A DNA stretch of 64,000 nt, taken from assembly GCA_963828535.1 (NCBI GenBank), contig CAWHEM010000010.1:7280-71279 (forward strand), given 5' to 3'. Of the stretch, positions 1 to 9,404 are shown one piece after another. Source of the DNA: an uncultured Solirubrobacterales bacterium (GTDB lineage: Bacteria; Actinomycetota; Thermoleophilia; Solirubrobacterales; Solirubrobacteraceae). The first letter of the stretch is position 1, and the number at the start of each line of letters is the position of its first letter. Below the pieces are notes generated by a model that saw only the letters and a program-made list of their open reading frames with translations, searched no databases and was not told where the DNA came from. Made by a program: the position numbers and the translations under genes.

Positions 1-987
1 CCGCGTGTTGCCGACCACGGCCGGGTCGATGTGCTCGAACGTGGACGGGTCGACGTTGACTCCGGCGACGTGCATGCCGCCCTTGTGCGCGAACGCATTG
101 CGGCCCACAAAGGGTTGATCGGGATCGGGGGTGAAGTTGAGCAGCTCGTCGAGGAAGTGAGCGGCCGGGGTCAGTGAAGCCAGCTGCACGGTGGACACGC
201 ATTCATGACCGAGCTTCAGCTGCAGGTTGGGAATGATGGTGACCAGATTGGCGTTGCCACAGCGCTCGCCGTAGCCATTCATCGTCCCCTGGACGTGAGT
301 CACGCCCTGGGCCACGGCCGCAAGTGAATTGGCCACCCCGCAGCCGGCATCGTCGTGACAGTGGATGCCGACCGCCACTCCGGTTCCGGAGAGGGCGCCA
401 AGCACCCGAGCCATGGCCAGCTCGACCTGGCGAGGCAGCGTACCTCCGTTGGTGTCGCAGCAGACAACGGTCTCCGCCCCCGCCTCGGCGGCCGCGCGCA
501 GGCACTGCAGTGCATAGTCAGGATCGTCGGCGAATCCGTCGAAGAAGTGCTCGGCGTCGTAGACCACCCGCTTGCCCTCGGCGACGAGAAAGGCGACCGA
601 GTCGGCGATCATCCTCAGGTTCTCCTCGCGGTCCACCTTGACCACCTTTTCCAGATGCAGACCCCATGTCTTGCCCACGACGGTGCAGACCGGCGCGAAG
701 CACTCGGCGATCGTCCGCAGGGCCACGTCCTCGGAGGCCGTACGCGAGTCCCGGCGGCGGGTCATCCCAAACGCCGCGATCTCGGCGTGCTGGAAGGTCT
801 CCGCAGCGAGCAGCTTGAACAGCTCGAGCTCCTTGGGGTTGGAGCTCGGAAACCCGGCTTCGATCAGATCGATCCCGACCTCGTCGAGCCGATGGGCGAC
901 GCGCAGCTTCTCCTGGGCGGACAGCGACATACCCTCGCCCTGCATGCCATCACGCAGGGTTGTGTCGTAGAGCTGGATCTTGGTCAT
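1..987 (-). CDS. cimA: Citramalate synthase (LeuA/CimA family), running off the window's left edge
   Basis: Manual translation from ATG at 987: MTKIQLYDTTLRDGMQGEGMSLS...; later ..VGIHCHDDAGCGVANSL..HVQGTMNGYGERCGNANL..FAHKGGMH. QGEG and HKGG motifs are typical of CimA. Not in the ORF track because it is open-ended. Confidence 0.88.
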   Translation of the reverse strand, partial: MTKIQLYDTTLRDGMQGEGMSLSAQEKLRVAHRLDEVGIDLIEAGFPSSNPKELELFKLLAAETFQHAEIAAFGMTRRRDSRTASEDVALRTIAECFAPVCTVVGKTWGLHLEKVVKVDREENLRMIADSVAFLVAEGKRVVYDAEHFFDGFADDPDYALQCLRAAAEAGAETVVCCDTNGGTLPRQVELAMARVLGALSGTGVAVGIHCHDDAGCGVANSLAAVAQGVTHVQGTMNGYGERCGNANLVTIIPNLQLKLGHECVSTVQLASLTPAAHFLDELLNFTPDPDQPFVGRNAFAHKGGMHVAGVNVDPSTFEHIDPAVVGNTR

Positions 988-1009
988 CGAGGCGGTCGCG
1001 CCGAGTCCA

Positions 1010-1945
1010 TCACGCCGCCTTCGTCGGCACCTTCACGTGGTCCAGCCACTCGGCGTAGCGCGGGTCCCGGCCGTGCAGGGCATCGTCGAAGACCCGCTGG
1101 ATCTCCGCGGTGACCGGACCCGGCTTGCCCGCGCCGATCTGGTGATCGTCGATTTCGCGCACCGGGACGAGCTCGGCTGCCGTGCCCGACATGAACACCT
1201 CATCGGCGAGATACAGCTCGGCTCGAGCGATGTCGCGCTCCACCACGTCGTAGCCAAGGTCGCGGGCGATCTTGATGATCGACTTGCGATTGATCCCATC
1301 AAGAATCCCGGCCGTCTGTGGTGGGGTGAGGAGCTGGCCCTCCCGGCAGGCGAAGAGGTTCTCGCCGGAGCCCTCGCACACAAAACCGCGCGGATCGAGC
1401 AGGATCGCCTCCTGGTAGCCGGCCTTGGACGCCTCGATCTTGGCCAGGACGCTGTTGAGGTACTGCCCTGAGGCCTTGGCGTGGGGAATCAGCGAGTCAT
1501 GGGAGATCCGCCGCCAGCTTGAGATCTTGGCGCGGATGCCCAGTCGCTTGCCGTCCTCGCCCAGGTAGGCACCCCAGCGCCACGCTGCGATCGACACCTC
1601 CACCGGGGCATCGAGCGGGTACAACCCCATCTGACCGTAGCCGCGATAGACGATCGGGCGGATGTAGCACTCGCGCAGATCATTGGCCGCGATCAGTTCG
1701 TGGGTGGCGGACCGCAGCTCCTCGAGCGTGAATGGGATCGGCATGTAGTAGAGCTCGGCGGACTTGTACAGGCGGTCGAGATGGTCACGGTGGCGGAAGA
1801 TGGCCGGACCGCCGGCGGTCTCGTAGGCACGCTCGCCCTCGAACACCCCGGTGCCGTAATGCAGGCCGTGGGTCAGTACGTGGACCTTTGCGTCCTCCCA
1901 GGCGACGAGCTCTCCGTTCTGCCAGATGAGGTCCGCTTGTTCCAC
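1010..1945 (-). CDS. ilvE: Branched-chain amino acid aminotransferase
   Basis: HGLHYGTGVFEG, YIRP, AKASGQYLNS, EGSGEN, ILDGINR and GTAAE motifs. Confidence 0.96.
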   Translation of the reverse strand: MEQADLIWQNGELVAWEDAKVHVLTHGLHYGTGVFEGERAYETAGGPAIFRHRDHLDRLYKSAELYYMPIPFTLEELRSATHELIAANDLRECYIRPIVYRGYGQMGLYPLDAPVEVSIAAWRWGAYLGEDGKRLGIRAKISSWRRISHDSLIPHAKASGQYLNSVLAKIEASKAGYQEAILLDPRGFVCEGSGENLFACREGQLLTPPQTAGILDGINRKSIIKIARDLGYDVVERDIARAELYLADEVFMSGTAAELVPVREIDDHQIGAGKPGPVTAEIQRVFDDALHGRDPRYAEWLDHVKVPTKAA

Positions 1946-1954
1946 AGCTACTCC

Positions 1955-2983
1955 TTAGAGGTGTCTTAGTACTGCCTCGGTGGCCTGCGCCGTGTCCGCA
2001 TCTCCCCCGAGGTCGGCCGTTCGTAGCCCCTCGGCCAGCGCCCGGTCGACAGCCGATTCTATCGCCGCCGCCTCCACTTCCAAATTCAGTCCGTGGCGAA
2101 GCATCATCGCTGCCGACAGGAACATGGCCAGCGGGTTGGCGACGCCCGTGCCGGCAATATCCGGTGCCGACCCGTGAACCGGCTCGAACACACCCGGGCC
2201 GGACTCGCCCAGCGACGCCGACGGCAGCATTCCGATCGACCCCGTCAGCATCGCGGCCTCGTCGCTGAGGATGTCCCCGAACATGTTCTCGGTCACGATC
2301 ACGTCGAAGTGCCTCGGCGCTGAAATCAGCTGCATGGCCGCGTTGTCGACCAGCACGTGCTCGAGTTCGATGTGCGGGAACTCGCGGGAATGCAACTCCC
2401 GGACGACCTCTCTCCACAGGCGGCTGGTCTCGAGCACGTTGGCCTTGTCGACGCTGGTGACGCGTGAGCGGGCGGCTCCGAACGCCACCCGAGCGATCCG
2501 CTCGATCTCCGGCCGGGTGTAGGCGCAGGCATCGGAGGCGGAGTCAGCGGTCCGGGTCTTTTCGCCGAAGTAGATGCCCCCGGTCAGCTCGCGCACAACG
2601 AGCAGATCGGTTCCCTCGATCCGCTCCCGCTTCAACGGACTGGCGTCGTAGAGGGGCGGCAGCGGTCGCACGGGCCGCAGGTTCGCGAACAGACCAAGCC
2701 CCTTGCGCAGGCCGAGCAGACCCTGCTCCGGCCGGGGCTTGGCCGCGTCCGTGGTATCCCATTTCGGACCGCCCACCGCGGCCAGCAGTACGGCATCTGC
2801 AGCGCGGCAGGCCACCAGCGTCTCGTCGGTCAGCGCCGTGCCGTGGGCATCGATCGAGGCGCCCCCGAACAGGTGCTCCTCATAATCGAAGTGCGTACCC
2901 AGCGCGTTCAGCACCTCGACGGCCGGGGCGATGATCTCCGGCCCGATGCCGTCGCCTGGCAGGAGGACGATCTTGGGCGTCAT
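1955..2983 (-). CDS. leuB: 3-isopropylmalate dehydrogenase
   Basis: [41 protein letters not shown]. Start set at ATG 2983, 7 nt after TAGCTT. Confidence 0.96.
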   Translation of the reverse strand: MTPKIVLLPGDGIGPEIIAPAVEVLNALGTHFDYEEHLFGGASIDAHGTALTDETLVACRAADAVLLAAVGGPKWDTTDAAKPRPEQGLLGLRKGLGLFANLRPVRPLPPLYDASPLKRERIEGTDLLVVRELTGGIYFGEKTRTADSASDACAYTRPEIERIARVAFGAARSRVTSVDKANVLETSRLWREVVRELHSREFPHIELEHVLVDNAAMQLISAPRHFDVIVTENMFGDILSDEAAMLTGSIGMLPSASLGESGPGVFEPVHGSAPDIAGTGVANPLAMFLSAAMMLRHGLNLEVEAAAIESAVDRALAEGLRTADLGGDADTAQATEAVLRHL

Positions 2984-3021
2984 CGGCGGCAAGCTACAGG
3001 GCGACGCGCGATAATGAGGGT

Positions 3022-3354
3022 GTGGCCTACGACGAGGATCTGGCTCACCGCATCCGGGAACTCGTGAGCGGTGAGCAGGGGCTGAGCGAGAAGCAGATGT
3101 TCGGTGGCCTGGCCTTCCTGATCGGCGGCAATATGGCGGTCAGCGCTAGCGGACAAGGGGGCCTGCTGCTGCGGGTCGACCCCGCCCAGACCGACGAGCT
3201 TCTGGACAAGCCCCACGCTGAGGCGTTCGTGATGCGGGGCCGAGCCATGCAGGGATGGCTGCGCGTCGACCCCGCCGGAGTCGGCACCAAACGAGAGCTT
3301 GCCCGCTGGGTCGCGCTCGGCGTGGGCTACGCACGGTCGCTGCCCGCGAAGTAA
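3022..3354 (+). CDS. TfoX/Sxy N-terminal domain protein
   Basis: [48 protein letters not shown] pattern. Confidence 0.85.
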   Translation: MAYDEDLAHRIRELVSGEQGLSEKQMFGGLAFLIGGNMAVSASGQGGLLLRVDPAQTDELLDKPHAEAFVMRGRAMQGWLRVDPAGVGTKRELARWVALGVGYARSLPAK

Positions 3355-3357
3355 GGC

Positions 3358-4137
3358 CTAGTGTCGCGAGCCGCCCGGGTTGCGCGCCGTCATGTTGAGC
3401 CGCACGTACTCGAGCGTGAGCGGCTCCCCGGTCCGCTCCAGGACGCGCTCGACGAACGGCCGATGCAATGACTCCGGCAGCCGGTCCAGGTGCCGCACCA
3501 GGCAGACCGATCGGGTGAAGGCGCGTGCGTCCGGAAGCGTCACCGACCGAGGCTCCAGCCACGAGCTGATCTCGGCAAACCCGGCCTGCTGCAGTCGCAG
3601 TGAGGTCGCCTCGGCGGTGGCATAGTTCCACGGCCGCTGCCAGCCGTCGAAGTACTCCGCGAATGACGGCTCGCCTGCCACCTCGTCGGACTGAGCCCGG
3701 AAGGTGTCGATGTTGCCCCTCCCTCCGCACTGCGCCATCAGCCTGCCGCCCGGCCTGAGGTTGCGGCGCAGCGCCGCGAACAGGGCTTGGTGATCGGGGA
3801 TCCAATGAAACGTAGCGTTGGAGAAGATCACGTCGACGGGCTCGGGAAGCTCGAGCTCGGCCAGGTCTTGGCCGAGCACGGTGGCACGATCGCCGAGCCG
3901 TGCCCGCGTGTGCTCGATCATCGAGGGCGCCGCGTCGACCGCATACACCTTGCCTCGCGGAACCCGCTCGATCAGCACCTCGGTCACCCGGCCAGAGCCA
4001 CAGCCGGCATCGAGAACGACCTCGTCGCCCTCCAGCTCAAGTCGTTTCAGCTGCTCACGTGCCCACCCCAGCTGCGGATCGGAGATGCGGTCGTAGGTCG
4101 CCGCGTCCCAGTCGCGGCTCCTCGGGCCGGGTGTCAC
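3358..4137 (-). CDS. Trans-aconitate 2-methyltransferase-like class I SAM methyltransferase
   Basis: WDAATY, VLDAGCGSG, DVIFSNATFHWI (Tam-like). Start overlaps the leuD stop (GTGA). Confidence 0.8.
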   Translation of the reverse strand: MTPGPRSRDWDAATYDRISDPQLGWAREQLKRLELEGDEVVLDAGCGSGRVTEVLIERVPRGKVYAVDAAPSMIEHTRARLGDRATVLGQDLAELELPEPVDVIFSNATFHWIPDHQALFAALRRNLRPGGRLMAQCGGRGNIDTFRAQSDEVAGEPSFAEYFDGWQRPWNYATAEATSLRLQQAGFAEISSWLEPRSVTLPDARAFTRSVCLVRHLDRLPESLHRPFVERVLERTGEPLTLEYVRLNMTARNPGGSRH

Positions 4138-4715
4138 AGGGCGGTGGTGACCGGACCCGGACGCTCCCGGCCTTGCTCGTAGGCGGAGATCGCCTCGTCG
4201 GCGCCCAGCGTGAGCGCGATGTCGTCCAGCCCGTTCAGGAGGCGATGCTTGATCTCCGGGTCGACCTCGAACCGCGCCGTGCCGATCCAGCCATCCTGGT
4301 TGTCGGCCCGCCAGCGCACCTCCTGCGCGGCCAGGTCCACCTGGGCCTCACCGGCCTCGGCGATCGAGGCGCATTCGGCGGCGCTCAGCTGCACCGGGAG
4401 CAGGCCGATCTTGGTGCAGTTGGAGCGGAAGATGTCGGCGAAGCTGGGCGCGATGACGGCCTGGAAGCCGTAGTCCTCGAGCGCCCATGGGGCGTGCTCA
4501 CGACTGGAGCCGCAGCCGAAGTTGCGGCCGGCCAGGAGGATCGGATTGCGCGGGAGATCCCAGCCCGGCTCTTTCGCCCAGTCGTAGAACAAATATTCTC
4601 CAAAGCCCGTCCGCTCCACTCGCTTGAGGAACTGCTTGGGGATGATCTGGTCGGTGTCGATGTCGTCGCGGTTCAGCACCGACACGCGCCCGGTGATCGT
4701 TTCGATCGCTTTCAT
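4134..4715 (-). CDS. leuD: 3-isopropylmalate dehydratase small subunit
   Basis: [40 protein letters not shown] at 4715 overlaps the leuC stop. Confidence 0.96.
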   Translation of the reverse strand: MKAIETITGRVSVLNRDDIDTDQIIPKQFLKRVERTGFGEYLFYDWAKEPGWDLPRNPILLAGRNFGCGSSREHAPWALEDYGFQAVIAPSFADIFRSNCTKIGLLPVQLSAAECASIAEAGEAQVDLAAQEVRWRADNQDGWIGTARFEVDPEIKHRLLNGLDDIALTLGADEAISAYEQGRERPGPVTTAL

Positions 4716-6070
4716 GACTGCCACTCCCTGATGTCGACGAACCGGCCTTCGATCGCGGCCGCGGCCGCCATCTGCGGGGAGACCAGGTGCGAGCGGGCTC
4801 CGCGGCCCTGGCGCCCCTCGAAGTTGCGATTTGAGGTGGAGGCCACCCGCTCGCCCGGGGCGGCGATGTCCGGGTTCATGCCCAGGCACATCGAGCAGCC
4901 GGCGCCCCGCCAGTCGAAGCCCGCGCGCCTGAACACCTCGTCGAGGCCTTCACGCTCGGCCTGCGCCTTGACCTGCTGGGATCCCGGCACCACCATCGCG
5001 TACACGTCGGCGGACACCTGGCGCCCGTCCACCACGGCCGCCGCGGCGCGCAGGTCGCCGATCCGCGAGTTGGTGCAGGAACCGATGAACACCCGGTCGA
5101 GCTTGATCTCACTGATCGGTGTTCCCGGCGCCAGGCCCATGTACTCGAGGGCGCGCTCGTCCTGCTCGGAGGCCGGATCGGGCACGGCCTGCGTCACCGA
5201 GACGACCATCTCCGGATTCGTTCCCCAGGTCACCATCGGGCTCAGCGCCTCCGCATCGACCACGACCTCACGGTCAAACTCGGCACCGTCCTCGGTCTCC
5301 AGCGAACGCCACGCATCCGGGACTTCCTTCGGCGCCCCCGGCCGGCCGCTCATCCACTCGAAAGTGGTCTCATCGGGAGCGATCATCCCGGCCCGACCTC
5401 CGGCCTCGATGGTCATGTTGCAGACCGTCATACGCCCCTCCATCGACAGGGCCTGGATCGCGGGGCCGGCGAACTCCGCGACGTGCCCCACCGCGCCGGC
5501 CACGCCGATCTGGCCGATGGTGGCCAGGATCAGGTCCTTGGCGCTGACCCCGAACCCGAGGTCGCCCTCGTAACTGATCCGCATCGACTTCGGTTTGGAC
5601 TGCACCAGACACTGCGTCGCCAGGACGTGCTCGACCTCGCTGGTGCCGATCCCGAACGCCAGCGCGCCGAATGCACCGTGGGTCGCCGTATGCGAGTCGC
5701 CGCAGACGATCGTCATTCCCGGTTGCGAAACCCCGAGCTCCGGCCCGATCACGTGCACGATCCCCTGGTGCTCGGAGCCCAGCGAGTAGACGGGGATGCC
5801 GAACTCCTCGCAGTTGCGTTCGAGCGTCTCGACCTGCACCCGGGACAGCTGGTCACGAATTCTGGCCGCCACCGGCGTCCCGTCGGTGGGAACGTTGTGG
5901 TCCGCGGTGGCCAGAGTGCGGTCCGGTCGGCGCACCTTGCGCCCGGCGAGACGCAGCCCGTCGAAGGCCTGCGGGCTGGTCACCTCGTGCACGAGGTGCA
6001 GATCGATGTACAGCAGTCCCGGCGCAACCTCGTGCGCACTCCAGATCTTGTCGAACAGGGTCTTGGGCAT
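4712..6070 (-). CDS. leuC: 3-isopropylmalate dehydratase large subunit
   Basis: [43 protein letters not shown]. Confidence 0.97.
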   Translation of the reverse strand: MPKTLFDKIWSAHEVAPGLLYIDLHLVHEVTSPQAFDGLRLAGRKVRRPDRTLATADHNVPTDGTPVAARIRDQLSRVQVETLERNCEEFGIPVYSLGSEHQGIVHVIGPELGVSQPGMTIVCGDSHTATHGAFGALAFGIGTSEVEHVLATQCLVQSKPKSMRISYEGDLGFGVSAKDLILATIGQIGVAGAVGHVAEFAGPAIQALSMEGRMTVCNMTIEAGGRAGMIAPDETTFEWMSGRPGAPKEVPDAWRSLETEDGAEFDREVVVDAEALSPMVTWGTNPEMVVSVTQAVPDPASEQDERALEYMGLAPGTPISEIKLDRVFIGSCTNSRIGDLRAAAAVVDGRQVSADVYAMVVPGSQQVKAQAEREGLDEVFRRAGFDWRGAGCSMCLGMNPDIAAPGERVASTSNRNFEGRQGRGARSHLVSPQMAAAAAIEGRFVDIREWQS

Positions 6071-6078
6071 GGGTGGTC

Positions 6079-6675
6079 CTAGCTCCTTCGCAGACCGGCG
6101 CTGACTACCGCCAGCAACACGGCCTCATCGGGTCCTGAGTTCTCAAAGTGGTGGGGCAGGTCGGCGTCAAAGGTCACGCAGTCGCCGGCCGAGAGCTCGA
6201 AGCGCTGGCCATCGGACACCAGCGCGACCGAGCCGGCTTCGACGAGCGCACTCTCGCGGCTTCCGGGTTCGTGCATCGGCGGATCGCCCGGGCCTCCGGT
6301 GAGCGCGCCGCGAGCCAAAACGTGACGCGACAGCTCCGCGCGCTGACCCGGCAGCGGCGGAGTGAGGATCTCGTAGCTGTGCCCCTTGGCCCGGCCGGGG
6401 CCCTTGCGGCGCTCGGTCCGGCGAACGATGGTCACGGCTCCGCTCTCGTCCAGTCGCAGCAGCTGCGAGAGGCTCAGCTCGAGTCCGGCGGCAATCCGGC
6501 TGGCCACCTGGAGCGTCGGGCTCGTCTCGCCGCGCTCGACCTGCGAGAGCATCGGTGCACTGACGCCTGAGCGCTCGGCGAGATCCCGCAGCGACAGGTC
6601 CATCGCCTCCCGGAGCGCGCGTACGCGGATGCCCAGGGCGTCGATCGGTCCGGCCACTTCGGTGACGGTTGGCAT
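6079..6675 (-). CDS. XRE-family HTH regulator with C-terminal cupin domain
   Basis: From ATG 6675: [28 protein letters not shown] (HTH) plus cupin [17 protein letters not shown]. Ends 8 bp before leuC. Confidence 0.9.
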   Translation of the reverse strand: MPTVTEVAGPIDALGIRVRALREAMDLSLRDLAERSGVSAPMLSQVERGETSPTLQVASRIAAGLELSLSQLLRLDESGAVTIVRRTERRKGPGRAKGHSYEILTPPLPGQRAELSRHVLARGALTGGPGDPPMHEPGSRESALVEAGSVALVSDGQRFELSAGDCVTFDADLPHHFENSGPDEAVLLAVVSAGLRRS

Positions 6676-6679
6676 ACGC

Positions 6680-6699
6680 GCGTACGTTATCACGTACGC
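6680..6699. promoter_or_regulatory. Perfect palindrome GCGTACGT-N4-ACGTACGC, candidate operator of the XRE regulator
   Basis: Seen directly 5 nt upstream of the XRE start codon and overlapping a TAACGT -10-like hexamer on the minus strand. Confidence 0.6.
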
Positions 6700-6744
6700 A
6701 GGCTGGCCGGCGGCGGCGCTCGCGGGATGTGTAGCCTCACGTCC

Positions 6745-7687
6745 ATGATCTCGCGTCCGGACGTACTCGTGCTCGGCGGTGGTGGTGTCCTCGGAGAGGC
6801 GTGGATGATGGGCGTCCTGGCCGGTATCGAAGATGCCACCGCGTTCGACCTCCGGCGCTGCGAGTACTTCGTCGGCACCTCGGCGGGCGCCATCGTGGCC
6901 GCTCATCTTGTCGCCGGAAAATCGCCGCGGCGCCCCGCCAACGTCGGTACCGAGCTCGATGTCTCCGGCTCCCGCCCGGTCAACAGCCTGGCCAATGTCG
7001 CGATCGGCGCCGCGCGGCGCGCCGGTGCCTGGGCCCTGGCCGCGGGCGCTTCGTTCGCGCCGCTGGCGCTGGGCCTGGCCGCGCCCGGAGGGGCCCTGGT
7101 GCGGGCGGGGATGCTGCGAGCGCTCCCACGCCCGCAGGACAGGCTGGATGATCTCCAGCACAACATCGAGCGCTCCGGCGCCCGGTTCGACGGCCGCTTG
7201 CGGGTTTCTGCGGTTGACCGCCGCAACGGCCGGCGCGTCATGTTCGGCAACCCCCGCGCCCCCCGGGCCAGCGTGGCCGAGGCGGTCGCCGCCTCCTGCA
7301 GCGTCCCGTGGCTGTTTGCGCCGGTCAGAGATCGGTGGGCGCGACTACGTCGACGGGGGGGTCTGGAGCGCGACGAATCTCGATGCCGCGCCCGCCGGTC
7401 TCGATACCCACGTTCTGTGCCTGAATCCCACAGCGAATATCGTCGGCAACCAGAGCGTCCTCGCTCTGATCCGCAACGTCGCCCGCTCCGCGGTGTCGAT
7501 CGAGGCGATGGCGCTGCGCCGCCGGGGTGCCGCCGTCCAGACGGTAGCCCCCAACATGGAGAGCGCCGCCGCGATGGGGACGAACTTCATGGATCGCGAG
7601 CCCCGCGGCCGCGTTCTGGCCGCGGGGTATCGACAGGGCGTCTCGCTGGCTACGGAGTCCGGACCGGCTCTGCGGCCGCCGCAGTAG
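6745..7687 (+). CDS. Patatin-like phospholipase (one frameshift near 7330)
   Basis: GGGGVLG, GTSAG nucleophile motif; DGG motif (DYVDGGVWS) in the second frame. Confidence 0.85.
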
Positions 7688-9236
7688 CCGCCTCCGCTTC
7701 AGCCATGATTCCGCGGCGTCGCACGGCGTTGGAGAGCGCTCTTACGTAGGCGCGCGCCGCCGCCTCGAGGATGTCGGTGGACACACCCTGCCCGGAGCCG
7801 ACGACGCCCTTGACGTCAAGTACGACTGAAGTCTCCCCGAGGGCGTCCTGACCCCCGGTGACAGCGTCGATCCGGAACTCGCGCAGCTTCGCGTCGGTCG
7901 CAGCGGCCGCGTTGATGGCGTGAAAGATCGCGTCGATCGGGCCGTCGCCGGTGAACGCTCCGGTGAGCTCCTCTCCGGACGGCGCCCGGATGCCGACTGT
8001 CGCGTGCGGCGGCCGGCGCGACGATGCCTCGACGTCGAACCACTCGAGCGTGTAACCGGCGAGCTCCTCTCGCAGCTCGTCGGTCAGGAGCGCTTCCAGA
8101 TCCATCGCGGTGACTTGCTTCTTCTTGTCCGCGATCTCCTTGAAGCGTTTGAACGCCGTGTTCAGCACGTGCCCGCTGACCTCAAAGCCCAGCTCAGACA
8201 TCGCCTGCTGCAGGGCGTGGCGACCCGAATGTTTGCCGAGCACGATCGAGTTGGCCTCCAGCCCGACCGTCGTCGCATCCATGATCTCGTAGGTGGTGCG
8301 CTCTTTGAGCACGCCGTCCTGATGAATGCCGGACTCGTGCGCGAAGGCATTGCGGCCGACGATCGCCTTGTTGGGCTGCACGGCGTACCCGGTGAGCCGG
8401 GAGACCAGCCGCGAGCTCCGGGCGATCTCCTTGGTCACGGCGCCCGTGTGCAGGCCGACATCCGCCCGGCGGGTGTGCAGCAGCATCACAATCTCCTCCA
8501 ACGAGGCGTTGCCCGCACGCTCGCCGATCCCGTTGATCGCACACTCCACCTGACGCGCCCCCGCCAGAAGTCCGGCGAACGAGTTCGCGACCGCGAGGCC
8601 CAGGTCATCGTGGCAGTGGACCGACAGCACGACATTGCGCAGATCGGGGACGAGCGCGTACAGCCGCTCCACGTACGCGGTGAATTCATGCGGCATCGTG
8701 TAGCCGACCGTGTCCGGGATATTGATCGTGGTGGCACCCTCGTCAATGGCTATCTGGCACACCTCTGCGGTGAACTCGAGTTCGGCGCGAGTGGCGTCCA
8801 TGGGCGAGAACTCCACATCGTCGACGTACTGCTTGGCATGGGCCACGGCCGCCCGCGCCTGACCCTTGACGTCGTCGCGGGTGGTCTGGAGCTGGTGGAC
8901 GATGTGGATGTCGGAGGTCGAAATGAAGGTGTGAATCCGCGGGCGAGCGGCATCCTGGACCGCATTCCAGGCGGCGTCGATGTCGGCGACGTGGGTCCGT
9001 GCCAGCCCGGCGATCACCGGGCCCTCCACCGTGCGCGAGATCTCCCGCACCGCCTCGAAGTCCCCGGGCGAGGTGATCGGGAACCCGGCCTCGATCACGT
9101 CGACCCCCAGCCGGGCCAGCTGCTGTGCGATCTCCAGCTTCTCCTGCGTGTTCAACGAGATCCCCGGGGATTGCTCACCATCCCGCAGGGTCGTATCGAA
9201 GACCAGTACTCGGTTGGGATCTTCGGGCTTGCTCAT
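7650..9236 (-). CDS. leuA: 2-isopropylmalate synthase
   Basis: DTTLRDGEQSPG, HCHDDLG, GIGERAGNA, FAHESGIHQDG and a C-terminal regulatory domain. Confidence 0.96.
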   Translation of the reverse strand: MSKPEDPNRVLVFDTTLRDGEQSPGISLNTQEKLEIAQQLARLGVDVIEAGFPITSPGDFEAVREISRTVEGPVIAGLARTHVADIDAAWNAVQDAARPRIHTFISTSDIHIVHQLQTTRDDVKGQARAAVAHAKQYVDDVEFSPMDATRAELEFTAEVCQIAIDEGATTINIPDTVGYTMPHEFTAYVERLYALVPDLRNVVLSVHCHDDLGLAVANSFAGLLAGARQVECAINGIGERAGNASLEEIVMLLHTRRADVGLHTGAVTKEIARSSRLVSRLTGYAVQPNKAIVGRNAFAHESGIHQDGVLKERTTYEIMDATTVGLEANSIVLGKHSGRHALQQAMSELGFEVSGHVLNTAFKRFKEIADKKKQVTAMDLEALLTDELREELAGYTLEWFDVEASSRRPPHATVGIRAPSGEELTGAFTGDGPIDAIFHAINAAAATDAKLREFRIDAVTGGQDALGETSVVLDVKGVVGSGQGVSTDILEAAARAYVRALSNAVRRRGIMAEAEAATAAAAEPVRTP

Positions 9237-9362
9237 GTCAGTTCCCTTCTGTCTCGAACTTGGCTTCTTCTCGGTGCTGGTTCGCGGCTACGTGCGGCCG
9301 CCGGCGCGCTATTCCCCCTTGCGGGGGAGGAGAAGAAGTCGAAGGGCGAGACGGAAAGACAT
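9237..9362 (-). promoter_or_regulatory. Leucine-responsive translational attenuator of leuA
   Basis: Leader CUUCUUCUC pairs with downstream GAGAAGAAG, and leader UCUUUCCGUCUCG pairs with CGAGACAGAAGGGA, which contains the leuA SD. Inner hairpin CCCCC-GCAA-GGGGG. Confidence 0.72.
9309..9362 (-). CDS. leuA leader peptide MSFRLALRLLLLPRKGE
   Basis: ATG TCT TTC CGT CTC GCC CTT CGA CTT CTT CTC CTC CCC CGC AAG GGG GAA TAG: 6 Leu codons, 4 in tandem, ending 72 nt before the leuA ATG. Confidence 0.8.
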   Translation of the reverse strand: MSFRLALRLLLLPRKGE

Positions 9363-9404
9363 GCGCGGCGAAGATTAGCAGCGCGTCCGCGGCGCGCAAG
9401 GGCG

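Noticed and set aside
9238-9404. C-terminal extension of FadD reaching leuA
   Set aside because: Family similarity ends at ..IDALYAEP and a TGA lies one base out of frame. The region is better explained as the leuA leader.
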